Below, one piece after another: positions 1 through 7,859 of a DNA stretch of 32,000 nt; the first letter of the stretch is position 1; each line of letters opens with the position of its first letter. Position numbers and translations under genes: made by a program. Where the stretch lies: positions 78,645 to 110,644 of the forward strand of contig CAVOLD010000012.1 in assembly GCA_963696705.1 (NCBI GenBank). The letters run 5' to 3'. Source of the DNA: an uncultured Acidobacteriota bacterium (GTDB lineage Bacteria; Acidobacteriota; Terriglobia; Terriglobales; Acidobacteriaceae). The notes beneath the pieces were generated by a model. That model ran no database searches. It had not been told where the DNA came from and was given only the letters and a program-made list of their open reading frames with translations.

Positions 1-22
1 ACAAGCGACAGCCGAACCCATA

Positions 23-739
23 ATGCCAGAGCCTCTCACTCAAGCAGCCGGCGTTGACCCCGGCACGGACGAAGCCACCGACAAAACGACCGCCGCGTAC
101 CTGACTGAGCATGCCAGCGAAATCTCCGCAGAAGGCGACAAACCGTTCAAGCCAATCGGTGGGATAGAAGAACTTCCCGCGCCCACCCTTCCCCAACCGG
201 TGCCAGTCGAGGCAAAAACCGAGACGGTCGCCGCAGGCTCCCAAGGCGCAGCCACGGCAGTGAAGAAAGCGCCGTCTCCGGTGAAAAAGGCCTATCTCAG
301 CCCCGAAGAACAACGGGGCAGCGCTCTACAGAAAATTTCCAAGCTCGGCATCACCGGACGAATTCAACTGGCCATGAAAGGCAGCAAGGAAGAACGCTCG
401 CTCCTGATCCGCGACGGCACAAAAATCGTGGCCCTCGCCGTTCTCGAATCGCCCAAACTTACCGACGCCGAAGTCGAAAAGTTCGCCAATCAAAAGAATG
501 TGCTCGAGGCCGTTCTACGTGCTATGACTCTGAAGCGCCGCTTCATGAAGCAATACGCGGTCGTGCGAAACCTTTGCAACAACCCTCGAACGCCGATCGA
601 TGTCGCCTTGGGTCTGATCAAGCACTTGCTGGCCACGGATCTTAAGAACCTTGCTGGCAACAAAGAAGTCTCGGAGACGGTTCGTAAAATGGCGATCAGG
701 ATGTTCAGGCAGAAGTCGGAAACGGCCAAGAAAGATTAG
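23..739 (+). CDS. Conserved hypothetical protein. N-terminal Pro/Ala-rich low-complexity region, C-terminal alpha-helical repeat region (HEAT/LRV-like). Possibly 5'-truncated by the window edge.
   Basis: Long ORF with protein-like composition. The frame stays open from nt 2 to the first ATG at 23, so the true start may lie upstream of the window. The C-terminal half has repeated helical segments (e.g. 'LESPKLTDAEVEKFA', 'NNPRTPIDVALGLIKHL'). I do not recognise a specific family. Confidence 0.6.
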   Translation: MPEPLTQAAGVDPGTDEATDKTTAAYLTEHASEISAEGDKPFKPIGGIEELPAPTLPQPVPVEAKTETVAAGSQGAATAVKKAPSPVKKAYLSPEEQRGSALQKISKLGITGRIQLAMKGSKEERSLLIRDGTKIVALAVLESPKLTDAEVEKFANQKNVLEAVLRAMTLKRRFMKQYAVVRNLCNNPRTPIDVALGLIKHLLATDLKNLAGNKEVSETVRKMAIRMFRQKSETAKKD

Positions 740-785
740 AAGCGCAAGGCTGCAAAATTGGCTTCCTCCGACCGCCGTCGCTACA

Positions 786-1208
786 ATGCTTGGGATGTCT
801 TCATCCCCTCAACCTGATCCCATTTCAGATCTGTTGCATCGTGCCAAAACCATCGCGGTCGTCGGACTATCGAACAGCCCCTTGCGCCCGAGCTACGGAG
901 TTTCTGCCTACATGCAGTCGAACGGCTACCGCATCATTCCAGTCAATCCCAAAATCAAAGAGGGGTTGGGCGAAACGGCTTATGCATCGCTGCTCGATGT
1001 CCCCGAGAAGATCGACATCGTGAACATCTTTCGCCGTTCCGAATTCGTAGAGGAGATCGTCGATCAGGCGATCCGGTTAAAGATCCCGGCTATCTGGATG
1101 CAGGAAGAAGTCATCAACGAAAAAGCCGCAGAGAAAGGTCGCAAAGCCGGGATCTTCGTAGTCATGGACCGCTGCATCCTGAAAGAACACAGGGCCCACC
1201 TTAGTTAG
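786..1208 (+). CDS. CoA-binding domain protein (YccU/YneT-like)
   Basis: 'TIAVVGLSNSPLRPSYGVSAYMQSNGYRIIPVNP...YASLLDVPEKIDIVNIFRRSE...PAIWMQE...VVMDRCILKEH' matches the CoA_binding_2 (COG1832) pattern. The track start at 651 overlaps the previous gene and encodes an Arg-rich stretch, so I chose the internal ATG at 786 (an ATG at 795 is also possible). Confidence 0.8.
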   Translation: MLGMSSSPQPDPISDLLHRAKTIAVVGLSNSPLRPSYGVSAYMQSNGYRIIPVNPKIKEGLGETAYASLLDVPEKIDIVNIFRRSEFVEEIVDQAIRLKIPAIWMQEEVINEKAAEKGRKAGIFVVMDRCILKEHRAHLS

Positions 1209-1250
1209 TGCAGGCGCGCGCGTCCACGCCCGTGCGGTAGCGGCGACGAC

Positions 1251-2567
1251 CTACGCTTTCACCAAAATGACAGTAGCGTCGTCATGCAACCCTTCCCCGT
1301 CGGCGAACGTCCGCACATCTTCGAGAATGCTCTCTGCCGAAGCATCCGCTCGCCGAAAGTGCTTTTCAAGCCGTTCCGCGCCGTATTCTTCCCCCTCCGG
1401 ATTCGTCGCTTCGGTGATGCCGTCGCTGTAAAACAGCAGCCGTGCGCCTTGGGACAAATGGATTTCCGCTTCGGAGTACTCTCCCAATCCAATTCCCAGT
1501 GGCAAGCCCCGCTCCGTCTCCAGAAAGCGAGCTTGCGAATCCTCGATCAAGAGCGGCCGCAGATGGCCTGCACTTGCGAATCTCAAGGTCCGTTCAGTTG
1601 CATCCAGAATCGCGTAAACCATGGTCACAAATCGGCCCGAAGGAAAATCATTGACCAGCAACGGATTCAGCTTCGCCAGTACCTCGCTGGGGCAGCACGC
1701 GGTCGCCAGCGAGCGAAGCATGCCACGAGTGGCCGACATCAGCAGCGCAGCGGCAGTACCTTTTCCTGAAACGTCAGCCAGCACCAATCCCCAACGGCCA
1801 TCCTCGAACGGGATAAAATCGTACCAATCTCCGCCCACCGCGCCTGCCGGGGTTGAGAGGCCAGAGATCGCGAAGCCGGGAATGTACGGCGAACTCCGGG
1901 GCAGCAGCGCTTGCTGAATCTTGCGCGCTTCGTGCGCCTCGCGGCTCATCTCCCGCCGCCGGTCCTGTTCTTCCTGAAAGCGGCGCGCATTGTGGACCGC
2001 GACAGCCACATAGCTGCAGAGCGCTTGCAAAAGTCGAAGTTGCTCTGCCGAAAACCCGTCCAACTGAGGATGCGATGCGGTGAACACGCCAATCAGCTTG
2101 CCATCAACGTGCAACGGGATCGCGACCTCAGACAGCGTGGACTCTTCGCATCCGATGTAGTACGGGTCTTTTCGCACGTCGGGCGCATAACGCATCTGGC
2201 CGGTGCCGGCAACGTAGCCAACCATGCCCTGTTTTCCGATCTTCAGGCTGTTGCCGGTGCCGCAAACTTCGCAGCCGGCACAACCGTGGGCGCAGGCCAG
2301 AACCAATTCCCCGCGTTCTTCGTCGTGCAAGTAGATGTCTGCTTCGACGCACCCGAACGACGGCGCGACATCGTTCACGACTTTGTCGATCAACCGATCG
2401 AGATCAAGGATTGAGCTGATTTTCTGCGCTGCCTTCTGCAGCTTCAGCAAATCGCTGACCTGATCAAACGCCAGTTGATGCTCACCACGATATTCGCTTG
2501 TTGTTACTCCCGGAATGGTCGCCACGGCCTGAGTCTCCTGTTGGGTAAATGCAAGTAAAAATGGCAC
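1251..2567 (-). CDS. GAF-domain sensor fused to a PP2C-type (SpoIIE/RsbU-like) serine phosphatase
   Basis: N-terminal GAF-like region ('ISSILDLDRLIDKVV...VAIPLHVDGKLIGVF'). C-terminal SpoIIE/PP2C motifs ('GGDWYDF', 'LVLADVSGKGTAAALLMS', 'LLFYSDGITEA', 'DDATVILVK'). GTG start at 2567; the exact start is uncertain. Confidence 0.85.
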   Translation of the reverse strand: MPFLLAFTQQETQAVATIPGVTTSEYRGEHQLAFDQVSDLLKLQKAAQKISSILDLDRLIDKVVNDVAPSFGCVEADIYLHDEERGELVLACAHGCAGCEVCGTGNSLKIGKQGMVGYVAGTGQMRYAPDVRKDPYYIGCEESTLSEVAIPLHVDGKLIGVFTASHPQLDGFSAEQLRLLQALCSYVAVAVHNARRFQEEQDRRREMSREAHEARKIQQALLPRSSPYIPGFAISGLSTPAGAVGGDWYDFIPFEDGRWGLVLADVSGKGTAAALLMSATRGMLRSLATACCPSEVLAKLNPLLVNDFPSGRFVTMVYAILDATERTLRFASAGHLRPLLIEDSQARFLETERGLPLGIGLGEYSEAEIHLSQGARLLFYSDGITEATNPEGEEYGAERLEKHFRRADASAESILEDVRTFADGEGLHDDATVILVKA

Positions 2568-2672
2568 TTACGTATGTGTATAGGATGCCCAGGCAAGGAC
2601 TTACGATTCATTATCGCAGCCCGAGCGAAGGCCTCGGTATCGCTCTAAAGTGCGCGTACTCATGGATTCGGA

Positions 2673-3041
2673 CTAGCTGGATTCCGCCTGTTCGCCCGAA
2701 GCGTGCGCTTTCATGTAGGCGCGCAGGATGGCGTTGATGCGGGTTTGGTATCCGCGCTGTTGTCGGAACCAGGCCAGTAAGTCCGCGTCCAGTCGCATAG
2801 TCACAACCGTTTTTCGGGTGGGCCATACGACTTTGGCGTCTTTCCAGAACTCTTCATCCGTGGGGCGCACCTCGGGGTCGGAGGCAATGCCGTGGCGTAT
2901 CTGGGCGTCGGTCCGGTGACGCAGCTTGCCCCAGTCCGTACTCGCACCTGGCTTAGCTTTCGACGTTTTGCCAGTAGGAGCGTCGTTCGTGCGGCTCCGC
3001 CCGCCACGCCGAGATGATGCGTCTTTCGTCTTCGTTTTCAT
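2673..3041 (-). CDS. brnA: BrnA-family antitoxin (DUF4415/COG3514)
   Basis: C-terminal 'VVTMRLDADLLAWFRQQRGYQTRINAILRAYMKA' (RHH-like) and 'DWGKL...TDAQI...DPE..PTDEEF' are typical of BrnA/DUF4415. It lies directly downstream of brnT. The ATG at 3041 overlaps the brnT 3' end by 89 nt, so the start is uncertain. Confidence 0.8.
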   Translation of the reverse strand: MKTKTKDASSRRGGRSRTNDAPTGKTSKAKPGASTDWGKLRHRTDAQIRHGIASDPEVRPTDEEFWKDAKVVWPTRKTVVTMRLDADLLAWFRQQRGYQTRINAILRAYMKAHASGEQAESS

Positions 3042-3231
3042 CCGTGTAAACCACCGTAATTTCCAGACCGTTCACCAGGCCAACCGCATGGACGCGAGTT
3101 TCGCCGTAGTCGAAGCGGTCATCAACTTTTTCCACTGTTGGCCCATCGAAAATGCGCTGCGCATCCTCGAAAGCGATCCCATGCCGGATGAGATTGCGGC
3201 GATTTTTCTCTCTGTCCCAACGGTAGCGCAT
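2953..3231 (-). CDS. brnT: BrnT-family toxin (DUF497 ribonuclease)
   Basis: 'RYRWDREKNRRNLIRHGIAFEDAQRIFDGP...DYGETRVHAVGLVNGLEITVVYTDE...RIISAWRA' is the canonical DUF497/BrnT signature. ATG at 3231. Confidence 0.88.
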   Translation of the reverse strand: MRYRWDREKNRRNLIRHGIAFEDAQRIFDGPTVEKVDDRFDYGETRVHAVGLVNGLEITVVYTDENEDERRIISAWRAEPHERRSYWQNVES

Positions 3232-3249
3232 ATTGTGTATTTACACAAT
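3232..3249. promoter_or_regulatory. Perfect 18-bp palindrome ATTGTGTA-TT-TACACAAT abutting the brnT start codon; likely BrnTA autoregulatory operator
   Basis: Read directly: 3232-3239 ATTGTGTA, 3242-3249 TACACAAT (reverse complements). It sits immediately 5' of the brnT ATG on the - strand. Confidence 0.5.
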
Positions 3250-3466
3250 GTCAATATCCGGCGCGCTCTTGCGCGTGGTGCGCCGTCTTCCCGAACACGC
3301 CAGCGCCGGAACGAGGCTATCCTCCTTTTCAACAGTTCCGCTGGGACCGATGACCACCCCGACCTTCCCTCGTCGCCGAAAAGGTCGCTTGTCTCGTGCA
3401 AGCCATTGTTTCTACTATGGATAGCTGATTACCAGGGAACGGCCAAAAACAAACTCAAGAAAAGGC

Positions 3467-3502
3467 TTGACACATGTCTTAGTGTTATAGTTAACTATAA
3501 CA
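3467..3502 (+). promoter_or_regulatory. Putative sigma70-type promoter (TTGACA at 3467-3472) overlapped by a perfect 20-bp palindrome TGTTATAGTT/AACTATAACA (3483-3502); candidate operator
   Basis: Consensus -35 hexamer. The palindrome covers the expected -10 position (17-18 nt downstream). It lies about 55 nt upstream of the first gene of the long + strand cluster. Confidence 0.5.
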
Positions 3503-3558
3503 GTGATTAGACAACCAACTCCCGTACCCGACTCAGAACAGAAAAGGAGAGATTGAAC

Positions 3559-4110
3559 ATGAAACCACGCATCGCACTTTCGGTTGTATTCCTTCTGATC
3601 GCCGCCACCGCGTTCGCAGCGGACGCCACCCCCGGCCCGTCTGACGCCCAAAAATCCTTCGATCAACTGAAAGCTCTGGCCGGTTCCTGGCAAGGGCTGG
3701 TCGCCGCCCCGAAAGACTCTGGAATTCCCGAGGGGTCGATTGTGAAGGTCCAAATGCGGACAACCTCCCGTGGAAACGCTCTGGTGCATGAAATGTACGA
3801 CTGGATGAAGCCAGACGATCCGACCAAGAACGACCATCCGGTCACTATGTTCTACCTCGACAACGACCGCCTCCTGCTGACACATTATTGCGACGCCGGT
3901 AATCGGCCCCGCATGATGGCCCGCACTTCGCCCGACGGAAAGACGGTGGAATTTGATTTCGTTGATGTTGCCGGTAGTACGCAGTACGGACACATGCAAC
4001 ATGTAGTGTTCACTATCATCGATGCCGACCATCACAGTGAGGAATGGACGTTCCTGATGCCGGGAGATAAACTCATGCGCGCCCGCATGGATTTGCAGCG
4101 GATCAAGTGA
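3559..4110 (+). CDS. Secreted protein of unknown function (signal peptide; beta-rich domain with a 'THYCDAGNRPRM' motif)
   Basis: 'MKPRIALSVVFLLIAATAFAADA' is a typical Sec signal peptide. GGAGAG lies 8 nt upstream of the ATG at 3559 (the track start at 3553 is TTG). Family uncertain. Confidence 0.7.
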   Translation: MKPRIALSVVFLLIAATAFAADATPGPSDAQKSFDQLKALAGSWQGLVAAPKDSGIPEGSIVKVQMRTTSRGNALVHEMYDWMKPDDPTKNDHPVTMFYLDNDRLLLTHYCDAGNRPRMMARTSPDGKTVEFDFVDVAGSTQYGHMQHVVFTIIDADHHSEEWTFLMPGDKLMRARMDLQRIK

Positions 4111-4183
4111 CGAAGTCCGAATTTAATCCATGAGTTGCCATCCGAGAAACTCGGGGGCAACTCATGACTCTGAGGAGATTCCC

Positions 4184-4639
4184 ATGACCTTCAACCCGAA
4201 AGCGATTTTTCAACGGAACGACAGATACGAAGGCGTCCGCAACATCAACATTTACCTGTTGCGGTTGCTCTATGTGCTGATGTTCTTCGTGCTGGGCAGG
4301 ATCACCTGGACGCACGTCCTCACCCACCAGGGACCATGGGAGCCGACAAATGCCGTGGCCTGGTGCGTGTGGACGGCGTTCGCGACCTTGGCGGGGATAG
4401 GAATCATCCGCCCGGTGAAAATGCTGCCGATCGTCCTGCTGGAGATCTTTTACAAAATGCTGTGGCTGATTCTTGTAGCGTATCCACTCTTGTCAGCGGG
4501 TACGTTGGCAGGGTCACCCGCGGAAGAGATCACCGCGCAGTTCTTGTGGGTGCTGTTGCCCATCGTCGCGGTGCCGTGGGGGTACGTGTTGGCGAATTAT
4601 TTTTACAAGACGAGGAAAGTGGAAGCCGTTTTTTCTTAG
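4184..4639 (+). CDS. Small polytopic membrane protein (about 4 TM helices), unknown function
   Basis: GAGGAG RBS at 4172-4177 precedes the ATG at 4184. Hydrophobic helices such as 'INIYLLRLLYVLMFFVLG', 'AVAWCVWTAFATLAGIGII', 'LPIVLLEIFYKMLWLILVAYPL', 'FLWVLLPIVAVPWGYVLANYF'. Confidence 0.65.
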   Translation: MTFNPKAIFQRNDRYEGVRNINIYLLRLLYVLMFFVLGRITWTHVLTHQGPWEPTNAVAWCVWTAFATLAGIGIIRPVKMLPIVLLEIFYKMLWLILVAYPLLSAGTLAGSPAEEITAQFLWVLLPIVAVPWGYVLANYFYKTRKVEAVFS

Positions 4640-4657
4640 CTCTATTTGGAAAACACC

Positions 4658-5068
4658 ATGGACAGTGAGTGGAACGACAGTCAACCGATTTACCGCCAGC
4701 TTCGCGATCGCGTGGTCGCGATGATCCTCGACGGCCTGCTCAAAGAGGGCGATCCGTTACCCTCGGTGCGCAACGTCGCGGCGGAGTATCGGGTCAATCC
4801 GCTGACGGTGCTCAAGGGCTATCAGCAACTGGTGGACGAGGGACTGGTTGAGAGTAAACGAGGTCGCGGCATGTTTATCAACACCGGCGCACGCAATCTT
4901 TTGCTGCAGGGAGAACGGCAGACATTTCTTGCGGAAGAATGGCCGAGGGTCTACGCCAACATTCAGCGGCTCGGCTTAACACCGGAGGAACTGCTGGAAG
5001 CCGCCAACGGCAAGCCGTCCAACGCCAATGCCAAGGATAAAGATAAAGACGAGGAGCCAAAGTCATGA
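4658..5068 (+). CDS. GntR-family transcriptional regulator, short YtrA-like subfamily
   Basis: 'PIYRQLRDRVVAMILDGLLKEGDPLPSVRNVAAEYRVNPLTVLKGYQQLVDEGLVESKRGRGMFI' is a GntR winged-helix domain. The short C-terminal part and the immediately following ABC ATPase (stop/start overlap ATGA at 5065-5068) match the YtrA-type arrangement. Confidence 0.88.
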   Translation: MDSEWNDSQPIYRQLRDRVVAMILDGLLKEGDPLPSVRNVAAEYRVNPLTVLKGYQQLVDEGLVESKRGRGMFINTGARNLLLQGERQTFLAEEWPRVYANIQRLGLTPEELLEAANGKPSNANAKDKDKDEEPKS

Positions 5069-5940
5069 CTGTCATCGAAGCACGCGGTCTGCGCAAGGCC
5101 TTCGGCACGACCGTCGCGCTGGACAGCATTAATTTGCGCGTCGATGAAGGCCGCATCCTCGGACTGATCGGTCCGAACGGCGCGGGCAAGAGCACGGCGC
5201 TCAACGCGATTCTCGGCCTCACCCAATATCAAGGGGAACTGAGAGTGCTCGGACGCGATCCCTGGCTGGAGCGCGATCAGCTCATGCGCGATATTTGCTT
5301 CATCTCCGATGTCGCCGTTCTGCCGCGCTGGATGCGGGTGTCGCAGGCGCTCGACTATGTCGCCGGCGTGCATCCGCGATTCGATCGCGCCAAAGCGGAA
5401 GGTTTCCTGACCAAGACCGATATCAAGCGCAACAGCCGAGTCCGCGAATTGTCGAAGGGCATGGTGGCGCAACTGCACCTGGCTCTGGTCATGGCCATTG
5501 ACGCAAGATTGCTGGTGCTCGACGAGCCCACGCTCGGCCTCGACCTGCTGTATCGCAAACAGTTCTACGACTCGCTGCTAAACGATTATTTCGATCGCAC
5601 CCGCACCATATTGGTGACCACTCATCAGGTGGAGGACGTGCAGTACGTTTTGACCGATCTTATGTTCATCAATCGTGGGCGCATCGTGCTCGATTGCAGC
5701 ATGGAAGGCTTCGAGTCGCGCTTTGCGGAAGTGACCGCACGTCCCGAGCAGGTCGCGGCAGCGAGGGCGCTGAAACCGATTCGCGAGCGCCAGGTGCTCG
5801 GCCGCAGCATCCTGCTATTCGATCATGTTGAACGTCAGCAACTCGCGGCGCTGGGCGACGTGCGCACTCCCAGCATCGCGGACTTGTTCGTTGCGGTGAT
5901 GGGTGATCACGTCGAGCCGGCAAAGGGGATGGCCAAATGA
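5065..5940 (+). CDS. ABC transporter ATP-binding protein
   Basis: Walker A 'GPNGAGKST', signature-like 'LSKGMVAQ', Walker B 'LLVLDEPTLGLD', H-loop 'LVTTHQVED'. Start overlaps the GntR stop and stop overlaps the next start. Confidence 0.92.
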   Translation: MTVIEARGLRKAFGTTVALDSINLRVDEGRILGLIGPNGAGKSTALNAILGLTQYQGELRVLGRDPWLERDQLMRDICFISDVAVLPRWMRVSQALDYVAGVHPRFDRAKAEGFLTKTDIKRNSRVRELSKGMVAQLHLALVMAIDARLLVLDEPTLGLDLLYRKQFYDSLLNDYFDRTRTILVTTHQVEDVQYVLTDLMFINRGRIVLDCSMEGFESRFAEVTARPEQVAAARALKPIRERQVLGRSILLFDHVERQQLAALGDVRTPSIADLFVAVMGDHVEPAKGMAK

Positions 5941-6824
5941 ATACTAGGTCGAACGCAATGTCCGGGTCTTTCCGTGATTCGCAGATAAGCGAGTCGCAAG
6001 GAATCGCGCCCGCCATCGTCCGGGCGACTCAGCCGTTCTATTGGTCGGTGAGGCGGGAATTGTGGGAGTACCGTTCCATCTATATCGCGCCGCTGGTCGT
6101 CGCCGCCGTCACGCTGTTCGGCTACCTGATCGCCTTGATGATTCGAGGGGTGGCGCTCCTGCAACCTTTTAGCTTCGCTGCAGGCGTGATCCTGATGGCC
6201 GTTTTTATCGTCTCGATCATCTACTCGCTCGAGGCGCTGCATGGCGAGCGCCGCGATCGCAGCATCCTGTTCTGGAAGTCGCTGCCGGTTTCGGATCTCA
6301 CTACCGTGTTGTCGAAGGCAAGTATTCCGCTTGTCGTTCTGCCACTGCTCGGCTTTGCCATTATTGTTGCCACGGAGCTGATCATGCTGCTGCTGGGCAG
6401 TCTCGTCCTAATGGGGAGGGGCCTGAATGTCGCGACGCTATGGACACCCGTCTTCCGGATGTGGCTGATGCTGCTCTACCACCTGGTGACCGTGCATATG
6501 CTCTGGTATGCGCCAATGTATGGATGGCTGCTGCTGGTCTCAGCCTGGGCGCGGCGCGCAGCGTTTCTGTGGGCGGCATTACCGTGGCTCGCGATCTGCG
6601 CCGTCGAGAAGATCGCGTTCAACACTACGCGATTCGCCGCCATGCTGGGATACCGCTTCGCGGGCGGACCGGAGGCTATCCCAGGAGTAGATAGTTTCTT
6701 TGGTATGACGCAGCTTACCCCGGGCAGATTCTTGAGCAGCCCGGGGCTGTGGATCGGGCTGGCAATCACTGCGACGTTTCTTGCCGGAGCGGTCCGGCTG
6801 CGTCGCTGTCTAGGGCCGATCTGA
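5937..6824 (+). CDS. ABC-2-type-like membrane permease, paralogue 1
   Basis: Polytopic membrane protein, translationally coupled (ATGA) to the ATPase. 'EALHGERRDRSILFWKSLPVSD' resembles the E-x-E/R...LP-V/S motif after TM1 of ABC-2 permeases. Paralogous to 6869-7813. Confidence 0.75.
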   Translation: MNTRSNAMSGSFRDSQISESQGIAPAIVRATQPFYWSVRRELWEYRSIYIAPLVVAAVTLFGYLIALMIRGVALLQPFSFAAGVILMAVFIVSIIYSLEALHGERRDRSILFWKSLPVSDLTTVLSKASIPLVVLPLLGFAIIVATELIMLLLGSLVLMGRGLNVATLWTPVFRMWLMLLYHLVTVHMLWYAPMYGWLLLVSAWARRAAFLWAALPWLAICAVEKIAFNTTRFAAMLGYRFAGGPEAIPGVDSFFGMTQLTPGRFLSSPGLWIGLAITATFLAGAVRLRRCLGPI

Positions 6825-6868
6825 TTCGCATGAGTGGGTCGAACGCCCGCTAAAGGGAGAGCAGCTAG

Positions 6869-7813
6869 ATGAATACGCCATTGAACTCGGTGCCCGAGTC
6901 TTCGATTGGTTCGCAATCAGTTGAGCCGGTAGTGGTCTCGGAGACGCGCCCGCTGTACTGGTCGATCCGGCGTGAGCTATGGGAGAACCGGTCGATCTAC
7001 ATCGCGCTGCTGATCGCCGCGGGCGTTTATTTGATCGGCTACACGATCAGCCTGTTTTGGGTGCCGCGCGGCATGCACGGCATGGGAGTGGACGAATCGA
7101 CGCCTCTGATCGTCCAGCTTGCCATGCCATACGCCCACGCCCAAATGATACTCGCGCTGACCGCGTTCCTCGTTGGCATCTTCTACTCGCTCGACGCATT
7201 GCACGGTGAGCGCCGCGATCGCAGCATCCTGTTCTGGAAATCGCTGCCGGTTTCGGATCTCACGACTGTACTCGCCAAGGCGAGCGTTCCTCTCGTAATT
7301 CTGCCCGTGCTTGTTTTTGTGATTGCCGTGCTGCTGCAAATCGTCATGTGGCTTGAGAGCGGCGCATTTCTCTTGCTGACAGGTGCCAGCACAGCGACGC
7401 CGTGGGCTCCGCCAGTGTTCGAGATGCAATTGGTGCTGCTTTATAGCCTGGTCGTGATGGCGCTCTGGCACGCACCGCTTTACATGTGGATGCTGCTGGT
7501 CTCGGGCTGGCCGCGGCGCGCCACATTTCTCTGGGCCGTGTTTCCGCCGCTGGCCCTTGCTGCGCTTGAGTACATCGCCTTCCACACTACGTATCTCGCT
7601 ACGATGCTGCATAGTCGACTGCTAGGTTTCGACGCGCTCGCTTTTGACCTCGTGGACAAGAATGGCGTCCCCGTAGATCCGCATTTTATTCCGCTGGCAC
7701 AACTGGCTCCCGGGAGATTTCTAAGCAGCCCAGGTCTGTGGCTCGGGCTGTTGTTCGCCGCCTTATGCGTGGCCGGCGCGGTCAGGCTGCGTCGTTATCA
7801 GGGACCGATTTAA
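6869..7813 (+). CDS. ABC-2-type-like membrane permease, paralogue 2
   Basis: GGGAGAG RBS upstream of the ATG. It shares 'RPLYWS.RRELWE.RSIYIA', 'YSLDALHGERRDRSILFWKSLPVSDLTTVLAKAS.PLV.LP' and the C-terminal 'PGRFLSSPGLW.GL...AGAVRLRR..GPI' with the preceding gene. Confidence 0.75.
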   Translation: MNTPLNSVPESSIGSQSVEPVVVSETRPLYWSIRRELWENRSIYIALLIAAGVYLIGYTISLFWVPRGMHGMGVDESTPLIVQLAMPYAHAQMILALTAFLVGIFYSLDALHGERRDRSILFWKSLPVSDLTTVLAKASVPLVILPVLVFVIAVLLQIVMWLESGAFLLLTGASTATPWAPPVFEMQLVLLYSLVVMALWHAPLYMWMLLVSGWPRRATFLWAVFPPLALAALEYIAFHTTYLATMLHSRLLGFDALAFDLVDKNGVPVDPHFIPLAQLAPGRFLSSPGLWLGLLFAALCVAGAVRLRRYQGPI

Positions 7814-7859
7814 TTTACATGCGCTTGATTCAACGAACTCGCGCAAGGAGGTAAAGAGT

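Noticed and set aside
651-785. Upstream extension of the CoA-binding protein ORF (track start 651)
   Set aside because: It would overlap the preceding gene by about 90 nt and add an Arg/Lys-rich non-homologous leader. The internal ATG at 786 gives a typical family length.
3415-4035. 206-aa - strand ORF
   Set aside because: It is antisense to the secreted-protein gene (which has a signal peptide and RBS). It would run through the promoter/palindrome region.
6476-7612. - strand ORFs of 146 and 211 aa antisense to the permease paralogues
   Set aside because: They are His/Arg/Gln-rich shadow ORFs. The + strand encodes two mutually homologous membrane proteins.
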